Positions 59,107 through 64,000 of a stretch of 64,000 bases of DNA are shown here, piece after piece. The stretch is from positions 4,096,001 to 4,160,000 of the forward strand of contig CBDASK010000003.1 in assembly GCA_965199495.1 (NCBI GenBank). Reading direction: 5' to 3'. The notes beneath the pieces are model-generated. The model was not told the DNA's origin, did no database searches, and saw nothing but the letters and a program-made list of their open reading frames with translations. This DNA comes from Abditibacterium sp. GTDB lineage: Bacteria; Armatimonadota; Abditibacteriia; Abditibacteriales; Abditibacteriaceae. The position numbers and the translations under genes were made by a program. Position 1 is the first letter of the stretch. Each line of letters starts with the position of its first letter.

Positions 59107-61160
59107 GGGGCGGTTGTTGCTATTATCTGTTTCAAACGCGCTTCCAATTCGTCGGCGTCGTCGTAGGTATCTATGCTACCGCCGCCGCCAACGGCGGCGG
59201 CCATTTCGCGATTGTGCGGCGCGATGAGTTTGGCTGCCGCGACATCTTTGAGCGCGCGCTCCGCCAGTTTACGCGCGCGCGTGCTTTGACCTTCTTGTTT
59301 CAGTCGCGGCGCCAACAGAGCCACGCCGCGCGCGAAGTCCAAATTAACTTGATCGTTATCGGATAGCGCCGGATAGCGACCGTAAGGCGCGTCCCACAAA
59401 TCCATTAATGTTTTCAAATCGTCGTAGCCGCGCGCGTCTTTGTGTTGCAACTGAAACTTGGCGCGCGTCAGCAAAAAATAAGAAGAAAGCGGCTCGCGTT
59501 TCAATGCCTCGCCCATCCATTTTTCGTAAAGGTCGGGCCGATTGTTGGCCTGCGCCACGCGCGCTAACGTCAGATAGTTCGCCGAACGGTCGGGCTGCAA
59601 TTCAATCGCGCGCTGCAACGCCGCGTTGCTATCCAAACCGTTGGCGCTTTGCAAATAACCCAAATTCGCCTGCAAACGCGACGAACCGGGCGCAATCGCG
59701 ACGGCTTGCTCGGCGAATTGCAACGCCTGCGCGCGCGAACCCAAATCGAGCAAACGCTGCGATTCGTTGTAAGCATCCTGTCCCTGCGCGGCCTGCTGTG
59801 TGCCAAATCCGGCCAAAGCCAACAGCAAAGTCGCGCCGATCCAACCCAAATTCAAGTTGCCGCGCGGTTCTTCAATTTCATCAATCGGCGCGGGCATTTG
59901 CAACAATCCCAGCGCAAGCGCCAATAAAATCACGACTGGCGTCGCGCCCCATCCGGCGTCGAAACAGCCATGAACGATCATCGCGATTAAAGCGCCGATG
60001 GCGCCCGCGCGCAACGCCCAACCTTCGTCGCGGCGCGCGCGCCAACCGTTGCGTAGCGCCAACGCAAAAGTCGCGGCCAAAATTAATAGCGCGGGCACGC
60101 CCGATTCGGCGGCGATTTGCAGCCACGATTCGTGCGCACTGCGCGCCGTTCCAGCGGGCGCGAACTGCGGATACGAACCGGAAAACGCGCCCGGCCCAAA
60201 ACCGAACACGGGGCGCGCTTCGATCATTTTGAGCGTGCCACGCCACAGGTAAACACGAAACATCGTCGAGTTATCGTCGGAGCCACGCGCCGCCAAAAGT
60301 CGCGGCACCACGGTTTTGGCGGCCAAGGCGCCGAAAACTAACGCCAACACCAAAACGGCGGGCAACATTTTGCGAAACACCGTTTTAAATGCGGCGGGCC
60401 GCGCCGCACGCAACGCGAAAATCGTGATGATCGAACCGACGAAAGCCGCCAACAATCCGCCTTTGCTCGACGTGACGGCCAGAGCCGGAAGCAAAATGAG
60501 AAACGGAATCGCGCCAACAATGGCGAAATTACGATTGCGCCAAACGTTCCAGACCGCGAGCGGCAAACCGATGGAAAGTGGAATCGCCAGGGCCAGCGCA
60601 TTGGCGAACAAATTGGGATTGAGAAACGTGCCGAACTGGCGCGGATCGTGTGTTTGGAAAAAATTAAATAACGCTTGTCCGCCTAAATATGTCACGCCCA
60701 AAACCGCCGCCGCGATGAAACCCAATTTTTGTGTGGGCCGGGGAAAGGCGCGAACGATGAAGAAAAATAAGAGCGCGCCGGTGATGCGGCCCAATTCGAG
60801 CCACGCGTCGTGCGCATAAGTGCCGGTAAGAACCGTCAGCAAACTCCAACCGAGAAACAGACTCAGACATGCAGCCACGGCGTCGAAGCGCGGGACAGGC
60901 AAACGTGAAATCGCGAGTAAAATTGCCACGCCCGCCAACAATAAAGTGAAAAGCGCTTGGGGCCAGAAATTGTAATCGCCGGGCCAAAAATTGGCGATTT
61001 GCGTGGGCGCGCACAACAATAAAATGAGCGCGCCCGCCCACGCGAGCAAACCGAAAAGCGAATCGAAACCGAGCGCGCCCGTTTTCTGAACCGGCGCTGC
61101 GCGCGCGCCGCGCATGGGAGAAGAAATCACGCGATTCAGTTTAATGGCGCCTCCATACAA
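59103..61160 (-). CDS. O-antigen ligase family protein with C-terminal TPRs (start uncertain)
   Basis: GTFLNPN, TSSKGG, R..LW, GFGPG, SAHESWLQ. Confidence 0.88.
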   Translation of the reverse strand: MYGGAIKLNRVISSPMRGARAAPVQKTGALGFDSLFGLLAWAGALILLLCAPTQIANFWPGDYNFWPQALFTLLLAGVAILLAISRLPVPRFDAVAACLSLFLGWSLLTVLTGTYAHDAWLELGRITGALLFFFIVRAFPRPTQKLGFIAAAVLGVTYLGGQALFNFFQTHDPRQFGTFLNPNLFANALALAIPLSIGLPLAVWNVWRNRNFAIVGAIPFLILLPALAVTSSKGGLLAAFVGSIITIFALRAARPAAFKTVFRKMLPAVLVLALVFGALAAKTVVPRLLAARGSDDNSTMFRVYLWRGTLKMIEARPVFGFGPGAFSGSYPQFAPAGTARSAHESWLQIAAESGVPALLILAATFALALRNGWRARRDEGWALRAGAIGALIAMIVHGCFDAGWGATPVVILLALALGLLQMPAPIDEIEEPRGNLNLGWIGATLLLALAGFGTQQAAQGQDAYNESQRLLDLGSRAQALQFAEQAVAIAPGSSRLQANLGYLQSANGLDSNAALQRAIELQPDRSANYLTLARVAQANNRPDLYEKWMGEALKREPLSSYFLLTRAKFQLQHKDARGYDDLKTLMDLWDAPYGRYPALSDNDQVNLDFARGVALLAPRLKQEGQSTRARKLAERALKDVAAAKLIAPHNREMAAAVGGGGSIDTYDDADELEARLKQIIATTAP

Positions 61161-61206
61161 AAGACGATTTCTCGCGTTTAAAAACGTGACGCGCTAAAAT
61201 AGCTTT

Positions 61207-62211
61207 GTGCGCTTTCTTTTTGCCTTCATCTTCCTGCCCGCCGTGGCTGCTCATTCCCAATCGAACTGGAACGGCCCGTTGCCCGCTGAAAACGCGCGGC
61301 CACTCAATCAAATTTTTCTGCATTTGCCGCCCGCTAATCCCGACGTTCTCGACAAAAATCAAAGCGCGTTGGGAATTCAACTCGACATCGCCAACAATTT
61401 ACTGATTCCCAATCCCGACGCGGGTGGAAGCGTCACCGAAGATTTCGAGACGCAGCGTTTAATGTTAGGTTACCGGCGCGGTCTGGGCCACGATTTGGAA
61501 GTGCGCGTAGACGGCCAACTCATCGCGCGCAACGGCGGCTTTGAGGACGCGCCAATTGACGCCTATCACCGCTTGTTTGGCATCAAGGCCAATGGCCAAG
61601 ACCAGCCGCAGGGCCGCTTTAACATTCCACGCAACCGTTCGATTCTGGCGTTTCAAAATGCCAACGGAAGCGGAATTAGCGAGGGCAGCGCCTTTGGCGT
61701 GGGCGATACGACTTTGAGTTTGCAACGCCAACTTTCGCGCGGCAAATTCGCCAGTGCCGCGCGTTTGGGCGTGAAATTGCCGACGGGAAGCGGCAACAAA
61801 ATTCTGGGTTCGGGCGGCTTCGATGGCGGCGCGAGTTTCGATGCGCGCTTCCAATTCGCGCGCAATTGGGCTTTGTTTGGCAACGCGGGCGCCTACACTT
61901 ATGGCGGCGCCGATGTGCCCGACGCCAAAAATAACGGAGTGAGCGGCGGTTTGGGTTTCGAGCGTCGCGTCGGCAAAGGCCAATCCATTCTGGCACAAAT
62001 CAACGCCGACAGCCGCGTCGTCACGACGGGCAACGCGTTCGCGGATAGAACGCCGGTTATCGCGTCGGTCGGCTACAAACGCCAATGGAAAACCGGCGCG
62101 TTATGGGCGTTCTTTTCGGAAAACGGCGATTATCACAATTACAACGCGCCATTTTTCGGCAACATCGCGCCCGATTTGACGCTGCGCTTCGGCTACGAAT
62201 TTCGGCGTTGA
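61207..62211 (+). CDS. DUF3187-like outer-membrane protein
   Basis: Signal peptide, GGF.D..ID.YH..FG, VKLPTG, GSGGFD. Confidence 0.7.
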   Translation: MRFLFAFIFLPAVAAHSQSNWNGPLPAENARPLNQIFLHLPPANPDVLDKNQSALGIQLDIANNLLIPNPDAGGSVTEDFETQRLMLGYRRGLGHDLEVRVDGQLIARNGGFEDAPIDAYHRLFGIKANGQDQPQGRFNIPRNRSILAFQNANGSGISEGSAFGVGDTTLSLQRQLSRGKFASAARLGVKLPTGSGNKILGSGGFDGGASFDARFQFARNWALFGNAGAYTYGGADVPDAKNNGVSGGLGFERRVGKGQSILAQINADSRVVTTGNAFADRTPVIASVGYKRQWKTGALWAFFSENGDYHNYNAPFFGNIAPDLTLRFGYEFRR

Positions 62212-62216
62212 AAAAG

Positions 62217-62249
62217 AAAAGCTCCGGCGCGCAGGCGCTGGAGCTTTTT
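62217..62249. terminator. Bidirectional terminator
   Basis: AAAAGCTCCGGCGC/GCGCTGGAGCTTTT between convergent genes. Confidence 0.75.
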
Positions 62250-62250
62250 G

Positions 62251-63369
62251 CTATTTCCCATCGCGTTTTCGCAATCGCTTGATTTCTTTCAAACGTTCCT
62301 CGCTCTCTTCGGCTTCTTCGATGAGCGTCATCTGCGCCGAAAACGCCGATGGCGGCGCGGGTTCGCCCAAATATTCGTAGGCGCGCCGCGTTATGCGACG
62401 GCCCGCCGGAGTGCGCGCTAAAAAACCAATTTTGAGCAGATACGGCTCGACGACATCAACGAGCGTATCGGATTCCTCGTTGAGCGTGGCGGCTAAGGCT
62501 TCGATGCCGACGGGGCCGCCGTCGTAAACGTCTTTGATGACGCTCAAAACCGCGTGATCTAATCTGTCTAAACCCAACTCGTCAATGCCTTCGAGCTTCA
62601 GGGCGTCGCGCGCGACTTCGAGCGTAATATCGCCGTTCGCGCGCACCAGAGCGTAATCGCGCACGCGGCGCAATAAGCGGTTAGCCACGCGCGGTGTGCC
62701 CCGGCTGCGGCGCGCGATTTCAAAGGCGGCTTGCGCGTCAATTTCGGTTTGCAAAATGTAGGCGCTGCGCCGCACAATCGAAACCAAATCTTCCTCGGTA
62801 TAGAAATCGAAGTGCTGCTGCAAACCGAAACGGTCGCGCAGTGGCCGCGTCAACATCGCCGGTCGCGTCGTGGCGCCGATAATGGTGAACTTTTCCAACC
62901 GAATCGGCAAAGGTTTGGAATACATGCCTTTATCGAGCGTGAAGTTGACGATGTAATCTTCCATCGCCGAATACAAAAACTCTTCGACGATACGCGGCAA
63001 ACGATGAATTTCGTCAATAAAGATAATGTCGCCCTCTTTGGCGTTGACCAAAAAGCCCATCACGTCGCCGGGCCGCTCCAACGACGGGCCACTCGTCAAA
63101 GCGATGTCGCGGCCCAATTCTTCGGCCATAATGTATGCGAGGCTCGTTTTCCCAAGGCCGGGCGGCCCAGATAACAACAAGTGATCCAGACTTTCGTGGC
63201 GCACTTTGCTGGCATCAATCGCGATTTTTAGGCGCTCGACGGCTTCACGCTGGCCAATATACTCGGCCAGACTTTTGGGGCGAAGTCCCCAGTTCCATTC
63301 CTTTTCGCCGCTGGATTTGCCGCCCTCTTCGGGCAGGTCGTCGGGCGAGACAATGCGTTCTCGTGACAT
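62251..63369 (-). CDS. ruvB: Holliday junction branch migration helicase
   Basis: LRPKSL.EYIGQ, GPPGLGKT, FIDEIHR, LRDRFG, RGTPR. Confidence 0.97.
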   Translation of the reverse strand: MSRERIVSPDDLPEEGGKSSGEKEWNWGLRPKSLAEYIGQREAVERLKIAIDASKVRHESLDHLLLSGPPGLGKTSLAYIMAEELGRDIALTSGPSLERPGDVMGFLVNAKEGDIIFIDEIHRLPRIVEEFLYSAMEDYIVNFTLDKGMYSKPLPIRLEKFTIIGATTRPAMLTRPLRDRFGLQQHFDFYTEEDLVSIVRRSAYILQTEIDAQAAFEIARRSRGTPRVANRLLRRVRDYALVRANGDITLEVARDALKLEGIDELGLDRLDHAVLSVIKDVYDGGPVGIEALAATLNEESDTLVDVVEPYLLKIGFLARTPAGRRITRRAYEYLGEPAPPSAFSAQMTLIEEAEESEERLKEIKRLRKRDGK

Positions 63370-63413
63370 CTCAAGCAGTTTAACTAAAACCAGTGAAACC
63401 GTGCGCTGGTTTT

Positions 63414-64000
63414 TTATTTCACGCTTTCGCGCCGACCCGCTTCCCAGCGATAGGGCACATCCGATAGATAAAACGCGTTGGCCAGAATCGGTTGGGCGCC
63501 CGCGAATCGCGGGTCGTCGAAGAAAGTATTAGCGCGCACTTCGACATGAACCGGTATGGGATTCCACTTCTTGCGGATGCCTTTGACCAAAATCATCGAA
63601 TGCGTCTGGCGTTCATAATCGAAGGTGTAGGGCAGTGGCCCAGCGTAGCGGCGCGCGGTTTCGATGTCGGGAAACGGCGAATTCGCGGGCAAGGGCGACG
63701 GCGTGGCTATATCAGCAGCCACGGCGAGATGAACATCGGGCGCGCGCGTTTCGATATTTAGGGTTTGGCCCGCCAATTCAAAGCGCGTGCGGGCGAACTG
63801 ATAGTTGTAATGCGTGAAAAGATTGCCCACATATTTCATCAGAAGTTTGTCGGTATCGGAGCGCAGAATTTGCAAACCGTGCAGGTTGCGGCCCGCGCGA
63901 TTGCGGTAGCGCGCGAAGATGCGATAGCCCGCTAAAAAGAAATTTTGGCCCAAAGGCGCGGGCAAGAAAGACGGGCGCAAAGCGCGCGTCCCCACCAGAG
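63414..64000 (-). CDS. DUF2071-like protein (partial)
   Basis: LRP.FLP..LG..F....YRIF, GNLFTHY.Y; runs off the window end. Confidence 0.6.
   Translation of the reverse strand, partial: LVGTRALRPSFLPAPLGQNFFLAGYRIFARYRNRAGRNLHGLQILRSDTDKLLMKYVGNLFTHYNYQFARTRFELAGQTLNIETRAPDVHLAVAADIATPSPLPANSPFPDIETARRYAGPLPYTFDYERQTHSMILVKGIRKKWNPIPVHVEVRANTFFDDPRFAGAQPILANAFYLSDVPYRWEAGRRESVK

Noticed and set aside
4913..63723. CGTGGCTGC as mere Val-Ala-Ala/Ala-Ala-Thr codon bias, or as a Chi/KOPS site
   Set aside because: It occurs in at least four reading frames and uses GCT/GCA rather than the preferred GCC/GCG. The 15:13 strand split argues against replichore polarity, unless the window spans ori/ter, and no orientation switch point is visible.
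1..64000. CRISPR array or cas operon
   Set aside because: No regularly spaced direct repeats seen. The Cas4-like motif is part of a nuclease-helicase fusion.

Overview
A 64-kb, moderately GC-rich bacterial chromosome segment. Gene style suggests Abditibacteriota/Armatimonadota, but this is inference only. It is mostly housekeeping (gyrB end, gyrA, metF, thrS, tRNA-Ile, pckG, rel, nitrite/sulfite reductase pair, tkt, sahR-ahcY, aroQ, ruvB) with scattered accessory genes: an Fe-S nuclease-SF1 helicase, topoisomerase IB, an Hsp90-like protein, a DICT adenylate cyclase, an HNH cassette and Imm1. The strongest unexplained signal is the non-palindromic motif CGTGGCTGC(W). I counted 28 exact 9-mers by eye (about 1 expected), split 15/13 between strands, lying inside genes and read in several frames, which fits a DNA-uptake-sequence-like signal. 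Other highlights: an ArfA/BrfA-like basic peptide with an in-frame terminator-like hairpin; an HNH cassette bounded by a 110-bp duplication of the pckG 5' end; several families of REP/MITE-like palindromes; probable leaderless genes; and a malic enzyme with degenerate catalytic motifs. No CRISPR array, rRNA, integrase or transposase was seen. All counts are manual.
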